Part shown: positions 51,790 through 64,000 of the stretch, piece after piece
Layout: each line of letters starts with the position of its first letter
Numbering within the stretch: position 1 is the first letter of the stretch
DNA from: Hydrolagus colliei
Taxonomy: Eukaryota
Direction: 5' to 3'
NCBI GenBank assembly: GCA_035084275.1
Contig: CM068746.1
Coordinates: 31,186,001 to 31,250,000 of the forward strand
Length of the DNA: 64,000 bases
Notes under the pieces: model-generated
What the model saw: only the letters and a program-made list of their open reading frames with translations
The model's database searches: none
Told to the model about the DNA's origin: nothing
Position numbers and translations under genes: made by a program

Positions 51790-52740
51790 TTAATTGAACC
51801 ATGAACTGCAGCATGGATAAAGCAACTAGAAAAGTAACTTGATAATGAACAGCATTGAATTGCTGGAAAAAAACAAGATAGTGCGCTATCTTGTGTCTCA
51901 TCACATCATCTTAAACCACACAAAGTTTGCCACACTTTTATTCCCATTTTTTCCAAAGCATGTTATTTGTATTACATTTGTCTGCATCAACAGTGAAGAC
52001 CTTGCAGTGTTAATGATGACTCTTTATTTCCCTAAAGATTCAAAACATTCAGAGGAGTGTAAGGGATGCTTGGTGTGAGAATTTGGATCTCACAATGGTG
52101 CAGTGTAGAGGGGGAGCGAGTGGTTGTGGCCAAGGTGCATTTTCGGAGATGTTCTTCTGAGTTGAAAGGCCTATACTGAATGCAAGAATTGTTATTATTT
52201 GATCACAGCAATCACAAGAGCAGGAAAACAACTGAGCCAGTGAGGGACTGCAAAGCGTGTTTTCAGGTTGATGTCATGCCCCTGCATATTGGAAAGACTG
52301 GCCAAATCTGAAAATGACAAATCAAAAACACGCGATGATCACAAACAAGCTTCAAATCACCCTAATTTGTGGTCATTTTGTGCTTGAATACATTTGAGGC
52401 CATGTCTCCAATTTTCTCGGTTTCTGACTCGGGTGGTTGTATACACATGAAGAGGAGCCCACGGCATCAGGATATCAGTAATGTAACTAATATGGTTGCA
52501 CACAGTAGATTGACTGATGTCGGCCAAGTACTGGGAACCATAAATACTGTGTGCAGCTGTCACACCTACAGGCAAAGGTGTGCTGACTGTGTTTCTAAAT
52601 CCTCCTGCAAGTCAGTACATACATCAAATCTAATGTTTGTTTAGTCTAGGTCTATGTTTGATTCCTTTCACTAAAAGCCAGGGAACTCCGGGAAGCCTGA
52701 GGAATCCATTGCAAATACGACCTTGTTCTCGGTTTACTTT
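51790..52740 (-). mobile_element. PIF/Harbinger (HARBI1-like) transposase relic
   Basis: Minus-strand fragments occur in the expected order: DVCTDLQEDL, LPVGVTAA...ADISQSTVCNHISYITDIL (cf. GISQSxVxRCIxEVTDAL), LKLVCDHR (cf. NVQLVCDH), FLVALSML (cf. IVACCMLHN). Heavily disrupted. Confidence 0.55.
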
Positions 52741-53392
52741 CCCTGCCAAAAGCTGCCACACGCATCACATCGCATCATCTTCATTCTCAGCATGTGTCTG
52801 CCTGCTTTATTATGCTGCACAGCTTTGGCACCATTAAGACCAGCAGTAAGCTGGTTTCATTAATGCCAGGGCTTAACATTAGATGGCTGAGTGACAAAAA
52901 TACCTTGCACAGTGATGATCACAAAAGATTCACTGACTAAAATACAAACTCACGTAAACAACACTGGTGTAATGTTAAATGGAAAAATGATGCAGTCAGA
53001 AAAGGTGGAATAAATGCAACATGCATCAAAACCTACAGAGAAACAATAGGTTACAGCAATGTCCAAGGACGCAAACAAAACAAAAGATGTGCCTCTTTCA
53101 GAGACATAGCAAACTTATTCTGCTGCCAAAACCTTATGGGATCAAAATAATGAGGAATTATGTGGTCCATTTAATCTTGTAATAAACCACAAAATCAAAT
53201 AGTAATGATTCTCAGATTTGATACAGCACCTTATCATGTTGTCAAAATGTTTCAAAGTGCTTCACAGGATTTATGTTGCAGTGACTGTGTATGTGTAGAT
53301 GAATATGGCATCCAACTGGCAAAGTGAATTGCCAAAATTGTAGTAAAAGTGTACAACTTTTAGATACAAACATTATAGATCTGATCTGTGGA

Positions 53393-53572
53393 TCTGAGAT
53401 TGATAGATTTCTAATGGATAAGGGGATTAAAGGATATGGGGATAAGGTGGGCAGATACAGTTAGATTAGAAGATCAGCCATGATCTTATTGAATTGGGTG
53501 GTAGGCTCAAGGGACTGAATGGCCTACTCCTGCTCCTAATTCCTATGTTCCTATGTCCTATGTCCCTATGTG
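53393..53572 (+). mobile_element. CR1 LINE 3' end (second subfamily)
   Basis: gatcagccatgatcttattgaat...gactgaatggcctactcctgctcctaattcctatgttcctatg, with a short tandem terminal repeat. Confidence 0.85.
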
Positions 53573-54264
53573 GGTACTGTAATTAAACAACAATGGGATA
53601 GTGGCTATCCCACAAGAAAGGCAATCCCATTTTGACATTTTTATTGCAGTTTTTGTTAAAATAGCATTCAAAGTTTCTCTCGGGTTCTGGCCAACAAACC
53701 CCCAAATAAAATTGGCTATTTATATCATTTGTGGGACATTTGTGTACAATTGTGCTGTCATGTTTACCTACAAATACACATACAGATACAGATGTCCTTT
53801 GATGTGTCTTTTTCTGATGGTGAGGCTGAAACTTGTTCCAGTTTCATTTGGAGGATTAATTTTCAAGGAGTTTTTGTTACATAGACCTTCTCAATTTGTA
53901 TACTTTATCTTCACCTGAATTAATCTAGTGCTTTTGAACTCATCATTAATTTGCAATGTGAAGGCACAGGTCCTTCAATCTGCCTCTTCTCATTGAATGT
54001 AAATGATAATTATCGTAATTAAAGAAGGTTGCTCCTCAAAAATATGCATCAAACAATGCTGAGAACAACTCATGTTACTTACAGTGACAGTCAAAGATCA
54101 GCTGGCACCAGCATAACTTCCACTCATGAGCAAGCTATTGTTATCACCAGTTCCCACTCTTTCACTTGTGAAGATATTTTTACATTGCGCTGCTGTCAAC
54201 AATACACTCCTTGCACAGGGCTATCAACGGCAGAAAAATGAAACTGAATGGACTTTATAAATAG

Positions 54265-54860
54265 GGCTTTATAAATAGGGGTAAGGAATAAAAAAGTGAA
54301 GAGGTTATGATGAACCTTTATAAAATACTGGTTAGGCCTCAGCTAGAGGACTGCACTCAATTCTGGGCATCACACTTTTGGAAGCATGTCAAGGTCTTGG
54401 AGAGGGTGCAAAGGAGATTTACCAGGATGGTACCATGAGTGAGGGACTTGAGTTATGTGGAGAGACGAGAGAAACTAGGACAATTCTCTTTGGAGCAGAT
54501 AAGGTTAAGCAGAGATTTAAAAGAAGTGTTCAAAATTACGAGGGGATTTGATAGAGTGAACAGGGAGAAATTGTTTCTTCTGATGGTTGGGTCAGTATCC
54601 ACAGGACATAGCTTTAAGATAGTTGTCAAAAGAACCAGGAGGAGATGAGGAGAATTTTTCTCACACAATGACTTGTTGAGATCCGGACTGTAGCACCTGA
54701 AAGGGTGGTGGAAGCAGATTCAAAAACAACTTTCAAGAGAGAAGTGGATAGATATAGGGGAGGACAAATTTGCTAGGCTATGGGAATAGCTCTTTCAAAG
54801 AGTCAGCACTGGCACGAAGGGCTGAATGGCCTCCTTTTGTGCTGTATATTTCTATGATTT
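54265..54860 (+). mobile_element. CR1 LINE 3' ~600 bp
   Basis: LYKILVRPQLE...QFWASHFWKHVKVLERVQRRFTRMVP and LSRDLKEVFKI (CR1 ORF2 C-terminus), plus tail ggctgaatggcctccttttgtgctgta...ctatgatt. Confidence 0.92.
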
Positions 54861-54944
54861 TGTTAACAGAGAAAGGGAGGACACATATTAGGAACTATTG
54901 CAATTGAATAATATTAATCCTATGATGGGTTTTAAGATATTAGT

Positions 54945-55700
54945 TCACCTGCTGGAAAAATGTCACATTGCATAATATCTTTTGCATCGATAGCATTTGT
55001 TTCCTTTTGTGGGATACCTCCTGATAGATGTTCTAATTTTCCACATTTCTCCATTGTGTTTGGTCTCCCTCTTGGTCTGTATATACTCTGCACTCCATAC
55101 TCTTCATTTGTAGTGTTCTAACTTTTTCTTTTGGCTAGTCCATCTATTTCCATTTCTGTTTCTCTTTCCATGTCTCTCATACTTATTTTTTGTCACCTAT
55201 TCAATCCTTATTATCTCCATTGTCAATTCTAATGTCAGATCCCCTTTTTTGAAAAGCTTTCCCCTTAATCTATTATCTTTTATGCTAACTACGATCTGGT
55301 CCCATATCAATTCCTCTCTTAATGTCCCATAATTGTAATTTTTAACTTAGGGATCTCAGTACCACACAGTACTGATTGAATGATTCTGTGGCTCCCTGCT
55401 TTCTTGTTCCAAACTTAAATCTGTCAATTATCACCTAATATTTTCCACAGCATCTTTCATTCATAATAGTCATCATCTCATTCACTGGCATGTCCAATTG
55501 TCTTTCTAGGGTTGCAAAATATTCCCTTGTTTCCTCGCCTGCCACATTGAAAAGTATCACGGTATGCAGTTCCTGTGGCAGTTTCATTATATTTGCTGCT
55601 AATCCAAAAATGTTCAAACCGTTGCCAATTGGGCCTTAAACTACCAACCAAGTTTACTGGTTTTGGTATCCGCACAAGGATTGGTAAGGCATTTAATTCT
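54945..55700 (-). mobile_element. Ty3/Gypsy LTR retrotransposon gag relic
   Basis: Minus strand, across frameshifts: NLVGSLRPNWQRF; ILFNVAGEETREYFATL; VIIDRFKFGTRKQGATESFNQY; REELIWDQIVVSIKDNRLRGKLFKKGDLTLE; degenerate knuckles KCGKLEH and KCYRCKR...HF. Confidence 0.75.
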
Positions 55701-56867
55701 GTTTGATTTAACTGAATTAAATCTCTCTGCATTTTGCTTTTCAATCTGTATTCAATCTCGTAGTTACTCCACGTTCCATTTTCACTTCTGACACAGTGCA
55801 ATGTTTGTAAAACACAGTTTAGATTCACTGGTCTCTTTACTTAAGCCTTACACTGCCACTCTGTTCCACAATCTGTCCAGTCACTTTCCCAGCCTACTTT
55901 TAGGCTTGCTTCTCATTGTTAATGTTCAATTGCCAATTAAGTCATTAAAACGATGTGCAACATCTTCCTTCTTTTAGTTTCTTCTCCTTCCATCTCCAGA
56001 GCACTGCCTGCTTTCACCCTTTCGTACTCCTGCTGAAATCTTTTATTCTGTCCTATTGCCTTTTTGATTTACTTCTCATGATTTGTCCTAATTCCATTCT
56101 CAATAAGTATTAGAACTGATGCTGACAAAGCTCTTCACATGTATTAACTGTCCTGATCCTTGTCCTGAACTTCAAATCCCTCCATGGTCTAACTCCACCT
56201 ATAGAACTCTATTCCTGTGGCCGGAATCTTCAATTTTTCCAATGCTGACCGGGAGCTTGGCTCTTCACTTTGTTCTACCTTGGTAGTTGAGTCTTCAGTT
56301 GCTGTGTTGCTGTCCTCTGGATCTCTTTTAAAATCTTGCTGCATCTCATCACGCATCAAATCCTTCATAAAAATGTATTCCTCAAACTGTACCTTTGGTC
56401 AACATATTTAAATTTCCCTTTTCCTGCAAAGTGCTCACAATTACAATGTTTCAGTTGTGGATATTTCTAATACACATTGTGCTTAAATTTTCAGTGTCAC
56501 TAGTTGTTAGGTTACAGGTACTGCCACCTGATTCACCATCTGGTGAGCTACAAATCTCGAGATATGTTGAAAGGAAGCAGTTACTAACAACATGGCAGGT
56601 CAGGTGCTAAGAACCACAGTTGCACACTTCCACATGCTGCCTCATTAGCAGCAGAGAATTTCCAACTGTCTATTTGCTACAGAGCAATCTGAAAAAAAAT
56701 TGTTATTTTTGTTACCCTTTCACGTCAAAAGCACTGAATTAATTAATGTGCAGGTTATAATGCAAATTCTAAAATACTGATCTGATTTTTAAATGAACAA
56801 TTCAAAATGTTTTATTTTTGAACTTATAATTTCTAGTTCTCTCATAGGATTTGAATAATACACCACC

Positions 56868-57150
56868 AACAACAACAACTTGGGTTTATATAGCGCCCTC
56901 CACCCCGGACGGCGTCTTAGAGCGCTTCCCAACAACGAATCCTGTGGCTGAGCCAGTAGAAGGGGGAAGAAGGTATCTAAAAGCGCGGTCAAAAAGAAAG
57001 CCAAGATGTGAAAGTAAGAAGAGAGGGGGCGAGGCAAAGGGAGTGAGGAAGGGAGTTCCAGAGCCTCGGGGCGTAGTGGCTGAAGGCACGCCCGCCGATG
57101 GTGGAGCGGAGGATTTGGCGGAAAAAGAGGAGGCCAGACCCGGTGGAGCG
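56868..57150 (-). mobile_element. L2 LINE 3' end, CpG-rich (relatively young)
   Basis: Minus strand ccaccatcggcgggcgtgccttcagccactacgccccgaggctctggaactcc...gcgctatataaacccaagttgttgttgtt. Confidence 0.85.
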
Positions 57151-57152
57151 AG

Positions 57153-57295
57153 TAATAATAATAATAATCCTTGCATTTGATATAGTACCTTATCATGTTG
57201 TCAAAAAATTTCAAAGTGTTTCAAGAGATTTTAATGTAAGATGTTGTGTCTGCACATTTTTACAGACAAGCAAAATATGGGAGCCAATTTGTGTA
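57153..57295 (-). mobile_element. SINE family A 3' fragment
   Basis: (taa)n tccttgcatttgatatagtaccttatcatg. Confidence 0.7.
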
Positions 57296-57319
57296 TATGG
57301 TTTATTCCAACCCTCCCAG

Positions 57320-57612
57320 ATCGTGCAACCATTAGCGGTTGGGCATTCAACCTCTCTGCCCCCACCCACTGGAACTCCAGCCCACAGTCAACTTCGCCTC
57401 GCTCCCTCTCTTGCCTTCTTTCAAAGGAACGCCTCAAGACCATCTTCTTTGACCGCGTCTTTGTCCACTCTCCTGCCCCCCCCCCACCCCCCCCCCCCCC
57501 CCACATCCCCTGCCCTACAACCTCTTCCTATGGTCCAAATCCCTGACTGTCCAGCACTTTGGGATGTCCTCCTGATGTGAAACGTTCTATGCAAATGTAA
57601 CTTTGTATTTGT
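57320..57612 (+). mobile_element. L2 LINE 3' end
   Basis: accattagcggttgggcattcaacc...ctggaactcc...ttcaaaggaacgcctcaagaccatcttctttgacc...gcactttgggatgtcctcctgatgtgaaa. Confidence 0.82.
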
Positions 57613-58563
57613 ATTCTATTAGAATAATGCACATTGGTTGCAATGCCAAAGTATTGTCAGTACGTGTCACAGCCTTCAGCCACTAATATGTCACCAATTT
57701 TCCTCACCCTGCTCCCAATGGAATGCTAAGGAAATTTTGTTTAATTTTGTAGTGAGTTGATTCCATAGACTCGTGTTTCCGAATGTTTTGCTGCATTGTC
57801 TTCTGCCTTAGAATAACACGCGGCCAAAGCAGAACAAATTTAAGTGGCTTTATGTTCTTCTGATCGTCCTCATTTGTCCCAGCCCTAATATTTCCCACAT
57901 TTCTTCATCAAGTTCATTACTGCGTGGATCAGTGACACAGGTTTTCAGGAATGCCAATTGCACAACATTTTTTTTTGAAAATCCCCTTCCTCCCTCCCCT
58001 TTATCTTTTTGGCTGCAACAAAGCAGCATAAAGCTGTTCAAACACTGGCAAGTTGTGACAATGTAACAGCTGGTTAAGATGAGCATGGGAAAGAAAACTA
58101 AAGATGGCATGGAGGGATCCAGCAGTAAGTTTGACTGCCTGCATTTTCCCTTGTATGAAAGGACTTGACCCTGCAAATGTGAACCTCTCCCACCGTGTCC
58201 TGTAACAAACACACACTTCACTTTCCAAATAGTTGCTGACAATGTTTGGTATTTTTCTTGAGCAGATTAAATTTGCCAAGAGACGGAATCTGTTTTCTGT
58301 CCCATTTGATTGAGAATATGGAATGTTGGTTTCTCATGTTGTCATTTCTAATCATCACTATTTGGTTTTGCTTTAAATTAAACTATTTATTTTCAGAGAA
58401 GGATTAGGTCCGGTTTATAAAGAATATGATTGATAAAGCAAACAAATAGGTAATCATCAGTGAGTCAGGTCTAACTTTAAAAGGTTGCAAAATGGGTCTT
58501 AAATTATAAATGACAATCAATTTTATTACCATATCACTTTCTTGTGACCCACAAAAGTGATAC

Positions 58564-58627
58564 ACATAGTCAATGTTTCACCTCTTACTGAAGTGAAACA
58601 TTGACTATGTTTCACTTCAGTAAGAGG
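58564..58627. repeat. Two overlapping perfect inverted repeats
   Basis: 58564-58581 pairs with 58593-58610 (18 bp); 58581-58601 pairs with 58607-58627 (21 bp). Confidence 0.95.
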
Positions 58628-58729
58628 CTGAATGAAATATGTTTAGTAAATATTCTCTACAATAAAACAAGCCACTTTTTGGTTCAGATTTGAATCAAGT
58701 GGAATTTTTGCAAATTTTGCAACACGTAA

Positions 58730-58870
58730 TCCACGACCTGTGGGACACTGTTGTGTGCAATTGGCTGCCACATTTCCGCCCACATATATACAGTCAATTT
58801 ACTTTAGAATATATTTTGTGAAGCTCTTTAAGACATCTAGAAGATGTGAAGTGACTGATACAAAAAGGCA
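58730..58870 (+). mobile_element. SINE family A 3' half
   Basis: ccacgacctgtgggacactgttgtgtgcaattggctgcc...tacagtcaatttacttt. Confidence 0.8.
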
Positions 58871-59169
58871 GAATTTCATGAACGTGTAACAGAAGATTCA
58901 CTGATCTGTACCCATGATATATTAATATTAATTGAATATTGAGATATCAATTTCATTGAATTTGGGGGACTAAAAACTATTTATTATATACGTGAAATAA
59001 GTACAGCAAATGCTATAAATGCACAAAAGATTGACCAGCAGGTGTGAAAGAGAAACAAAATTAACGTTTCTTTCATGACTCTGGAGTGTGTAAGTAAACA
59101 TATGAATGTTCATTCCTCCCCTCTTCCTTCTAATCCACAAAACCCCCAAAATGTGAAGACTCGATATCC

Positions 59170-59292
59170 ATATTGGCTGCTGCGTTTCGTCCACAAATAT
59201 ACAGTCAATTCACTTTACAGTATACAGTATTCTGTGAAGCGCTTTGAGAAGATGTGAAAAGTGCTATATCAAATGCAAGGATTATTATTATT
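59170..59292 (+). mobile_element. SINE family A 3' fragment
   Basis: ttggctgctgcgtttcgtccacaaatatacagtcaattcacttt...caaatgcaaggattattattatt. Confidence 0.85.
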
Positions 59293-60227
59293 CAGGTTCA
59301 ATCATATGAGGAATGGCAGTTTGGGCAAGGTGCAGGAAACATTCAATCAAGAAAACCTGGAAACACACTACTGATCAAACACGGAGTTATCTAGAATACT
59401 GTAAATGTTCAGGGAGCTACTTTTTAACGGCCCCACGAGCCTCAACCAGCCCATGGTCTCTAGTAGTTTGGCCGACATTTCTCTAACGCAACCAACTTGG
59501 GGATCAAATACAGAACTTCCCAGCCGGGGTGACTCAGCTGCTTGCTAAATAAACACCACAACCCATCAGAGGAGCCACAGCAATTTGAATTTGTAAACAA
59601 TTTGTGCAGCCATGGAAATTCTATTGTATTAAATGGACTGGATTCATGTAATAACTACATGGCTGCATGATTTCACACAAATGCTGAATGCAATTCAATC
59701 TGATCCAGGGTTGATTGAAAAAAAAGATATTTATTGAAGCCTTCTTTAATGCCCTTAAAGAAAGATTTACAAACTTATTGTTCTCTAAATAGCTGGCAAC
59801 TTCATAAACAAATGTTTCAGTGCTCGTTTAATTGGAAAAAAGTATTTATTACGTCTGATGAGTCATCCTATCCTTAACCATTGCACCACATATGTGGGCT
59901 CCCAAAGAATGAGTTCTGCTCAGAGAGTTCCTGGAGAAGCTCAGGTCACAAATGTTACCAGCGTCTTTAGGTGCTGACTTAAACTTACTGTACCATGTAA
60001 ATACAAATAACTGGGCATCAGATGAAAATAGCTAAATTATACCCTATTATACTGTACTTCTGGCCAGACCTATGTGAGACCACATCCCATTGGCTTCTCT
60101 TATTGTTGGCTGCACAATGGTGGCCATACTGTCAACAAAGAGAGCTCATGCCAATTTTGGAGCAAAATAAACTCTGGTGATCTGATCAGTACTTCACTTT
60201 ATCCTAACACTGAATTGCAGATATCAT

Positions 60228-60420
60228 AACAATAACAACTTGCATTTGTACACTGCCCCAGAACACTTGACAGAGGCAGAGCACGATGCCGAGCCGGGGA
60301 GGATGGGTGTGTTTGATCATAGGCACAATCAAAGAGGAAGGTCTTCAGGCGTGATCTGAAAATTGGGAAGGAAGGCTGAGGGATAGAGGAAGAGTGTTCC
60401 AGAGTTTTGGGGCATAATGT
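60228..60420 (-). mobile_element. L2 LINE 3' end relic
   Basis: aacaacttgcatttgtac...gaggaaggtcttcaggcgtgatctgaa...gttccagag. Confidence 0.65.
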
Positions 60421-63400
60421 AAGCTACATTTATCGGCCTAATTTAAATGCAGACTTAATTGGTATCCAACAACAATCCATTATTCCATTTCCAGAATCAT
60501 TAACTAGCTGTTATCACTCTTTTCATGCAGATTTATTCTGGTGAGAAATAGGAACACAATATTTAAATTAGTAGATTAAAATCTGCTGTAGTAGATACAG
60601 CTCTATCAAGGCTTTATAAACAAAAATGCAATATACTGCAGATGCGGAAAATCTGGAACAAAAACAGGCCCTAGCCACTTCTGTTTTTGTTCCATCAAGG
60701 CTTTATTGTATTAAAAACAAATATTTTAGAATGGGGGGGTGGGGGGGAGGAAAGAGATAATCAGCAGCACAAAACCAGCCACAGTTTGTCACTCAGATTG
60801 CTCAGCTCTTACTTCGGCAACAGCATTCCAACCCGTTTTGGTCGGCAAATGGCATGTGCAGCCACAGGGGAGAAAAGTTCCTTTCAAATGGTGATTTGCG
60901 GATCAAACGAGAGCAAATATATCAGAAAATAGTTTTGCTGCAGTCCAAGAAGTTTAACTTCAAAGCAGCCTGCACTTCCATTGCCTTTATATTTATTTTT
61001 CTTAGGCAATGTGACTAGGGCTACTTTCTCTCTTTCACCTTTGGTCCCCAGAAGACTTGGCATACTTTGTGCCTCTCAGGCACCACTCGCTGTCTAGCTG
61101 CTGCTCGAGGTGACAGAGCTGGGGTTCCATTGGATTTTCCTGCTCTCCAGAGGACACAGAGCTTGTCAAATAGCCTGATCAAGGTTACAGAACTGAGTGT
61201 TCCTGGGCTTGACTCAGCTACAGCCCACACTGCGGTGACTAAAATCAAGAATTTACTCTGTGTGGAGGCACAGCAGCAGATCCATGTTCCCAACACTCCA
61301 CGGTGAGGGGCCTGGAAAATAAACATCAATTGGAATTTTGGTCCTCAAGCAAACGTTAGTCAAAAAGCCGATTTAGCAACGACGGCATCAACTCAATCTC
61401 AGAGGATACTTTAACCTCATTAGATCATGGTTTAGTAGCACCAATATATGAAATGACCAAAGTTGTTATGTGGCAGGAGATTAATTGCAAGTTTCTATTT
61501 CCCTGTCTTCTTAAGATGGCCCTTGGTGTTTGGCTGGGAGCAGTTCAATTGTTTACTTTTCACACAGATACACTGATTCAGTTGCTGCCAGCTTCCTCCA
61601 AGGCAGGCCTCAAGTACACTCTTCAACTACCAGTAAAGAGTTTAAACTCCCTGAAGAGCACACTTGTGGTAATGTAAGTTAGGAAACAACAGACACATGC
61701 AGAGAGGAGAAAAGAAGAACAAGAAATGCAGAAATGAATGTGCTTTCCAGCTGTTACTCACCGAGTATTTCAAATTAAGTTTAAGCATAAATTCCATCCC
61801 TGTGATGTTAACTAGATTAAGGACATTATTCCACTGCAGTGTTCTCCTTCAGCTCTTGTTCCTGCCATTGTTTCTGAGAACCAATAGATCAGTACCTTGC
61901 ATAAATCAACATACCCCCTTCTGTGCTACTTCAATCTATTAAATCTATACTGGCACTTAGATCTACTGCTACCAGCCAGCACAGTGCTCTCACAAATAAA
62001 ATTTGCTAAGAAACTCGTTTCAAGATTCTGGCATTGTGAGCATTACAGTGTGTGAATCAGGCTCCAATAAATAATTTCATTTTAAAAAAAAAAGTCAGGG
62101 TAAAAGAAACAAATGCCACGTAAAGAAGAAAAGTGTTAGCTTCAGTCTTACCTGCCGTAGAATAATTATTTTCAAAAAGCAGTTTAAGGGAACAAAATAT
62201 GCAGGATTTGAACACTACCTACTAGCAGTGTTTCTCCTTCAATCTGTTCCCATGGTGGTGAGAAGCTATCATTCATAACAAAAATTGAGGGGGAAGGAAA
62301 ACCAAAGGGGAGTTCACAAGGGCAGAACATTGTGCCAGTCACAAAATAAGACTCATATAATGCATGCACCTGTTTTTCAGGCATCATAATAGCTTGACTG
62401 GGAAATATAACTCACTGAATACAACACACTCAGAATTGTGTTCACATATGAAGATGGAGGTGTTTAGACTGCGAAACTCTAGCTTTCTTTTTTTTGTGGG
62501 GTGGTGGGGGTGGGGGGGGGGGGGAGGGGGGGGGGAAAGGGGGGGCAGAAACGAGAGAATCAAAATCCAACTAGCAGGTGTGGGTTGCAGAAACATTGGT
62601 CTTTTATTCCCACTCCTAGTTTGTTTGCATCCTGTGTGGGAACTTCAGATTCAACATAACAGCAGCTTTAGAAAGGAACAAAACCTATGACATCCCATTG
62701 GTTTCTTATGGGCCCATGTTGGAAAGTTGAGCCAAGTTATTAATGCACAAGTCAACTTCATTCAAACACTTCCATACAAGCTTTTTTTTATTCCAGCATC
62801 ACAACATGGTCTGGAGTTTGAGCCATTTGGCATGGGTGTTGCTTTTCCTTGGATAAGATTTTGCATATTATGATCATGCACTATGCTACTCTTGATAGGC
62901 TGTTGTAATTCATAGGTAACGTAGTTTATTTTTGACAATGTTAAGTACACCAATTACTTTGACTACAATATTGTACTTCCTAGGGCCAATTGAAGGAAAA
63001 CACAAGTGTGTGTGGGTGTGGATTTCTGGGGTGGGGAGGAGGTGGGGGGGGAGGTGGGGGGTGGTGGGGGGGTGTTGCTGTTATTAATCACAAAGCCTCA
63101 CAAGCTCCAGTACACTTTGACTGTTTTGGAACAGCTCTATTAATCATAGATAGGTCACATTATTGGCCTATAAAAGCTGTCACAGATAGTTTCAGGTACA
63201 AGTCCTTTGTTCTATAAATCCAAGAACAATCATACAAACTTATCATGACTAAACCAAACAAAAAACGCAAAGATCAAAGAGTTCCACAAGCAAAAGCCAC
63301 ACGATGAAATAGCCAAACAGACAACTTGTTGTAGTGCTTGAGAGAATTTGACAAAATCATCTTTACTGTGCCGTCTACAGTTCTCACTCAAGCATTTTGT

Positions 63401-63487
63401 GTGTTAATCATGATTTGGCAGCCAACAAGCTGTGTATCCTACTTAAATGGTGTAAGGGCAAGTCGCCCAAAGTGCTATTTATATAAC

Positions 63488-64000
63488 CACAACTCGCATT
63501 TATATAGAGCCCTTTTCGTGGAGTAGTGTCCCGGAGTGTTTCACATTGGCAGAGTCTGACGCCGAGGCAGGGGATGAGGTGGGGGTGGAGACACTGAGTA
63601 GGATACTTTAGCTTGAGGTAAAGAAAGTAAGATAAATTTAGGGAAGTAAAAACGGTAAAATGCAGATGCAAAGCGTTTAATAATGAAAAAAAATCCCCAA
63701 CAATTTTCTTCCCTCTCCTCCATCCTTGAAGACATTTTCCCTTTCTACTGGAGGACTTTCCCAACACTGCTGATCCTCCTGTACTCATGATTCAGCCTTG
63801 ACCATGAATAGTCTGAGCAGACTATTTGAAAGGTGGTGGGGAAGAGATGGGCATTTCAGATCAGGCTATTCCTGAATCAAGCAAATGCATAATCATACCT
63901 CTAGTGGTGGGAGAAGTGGGGGATTTGCTGCACGGATACCACAAATGCAGAACCTGATTGATTTCTCCTCTTCCCAACTCAGGCCCCAGGTTACTGTCCT
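63488..64000 (-). mobile_element. L2-like LINE 3' relic
   Basis: Tail caactcgcatttatatagagcc at 63490, followed by degraded L2-like sequence. Confidence 0.45.

Noticed and set aside
449-63788. The many 60-210 aa ORFs in the six-frame track
   Set aside because: Apart from Wnt7b exons and transposon relics, they are low-complexity, repeat-derived or start at non-ATG codons, with no recognisable domains. This is expected noise in vertebrate non-coding DNA.
48000-64000. Expected neighbouring gene exons (e.g. ATXN10) and minus-strand donor-like sites near 61757 and 62150
   Set aside because: No recognisable peptide upstream of these donors, so no neighbouring gene can be supported in this window.

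Overview
Eukaryotic (vertebrate) genomic DNA. The repeat content (tRNA-derived SINEs with L2-type tails, Deu-domain SINEs, CR1, L2) suggests a cartilaginous fish, possibly a chimaera; this is an inference. The window holds one complete protein-coding gene, Wnt7b, on the + strand. It has two alternative first coding exons (8038-8108 MHRNFRRW..., 14728-14810 MIIFSSRS...) that splice in the same phase to shared exons 16117-16343, 38505-38776 and 41774-42253, giving 349 aa or 353 aa. Both first exons sit in a broad CpG-retaining domain (~4.6-17 kb). The rest is intron or intergenic DNA with SINE, LINE, Gypsy, Harbinger and pogo-like relics. Almost all ORFs in the supplied track are spurious. The most unusual signals are a decayed second copy of Wnt7b exon 3 lying 619 bp upstream of the real exon, Wnt7a-like residues in the linker of this Wnt7b, three tail-to-tail SINE pairs in intron 2, and an interlocked double hairpin at 58564-58627. 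No prokaryotic-type system, CRISPR array or RNA gene is supported. Repeat boundaries are approximate and family names rest on recalled motifs, not database searches.
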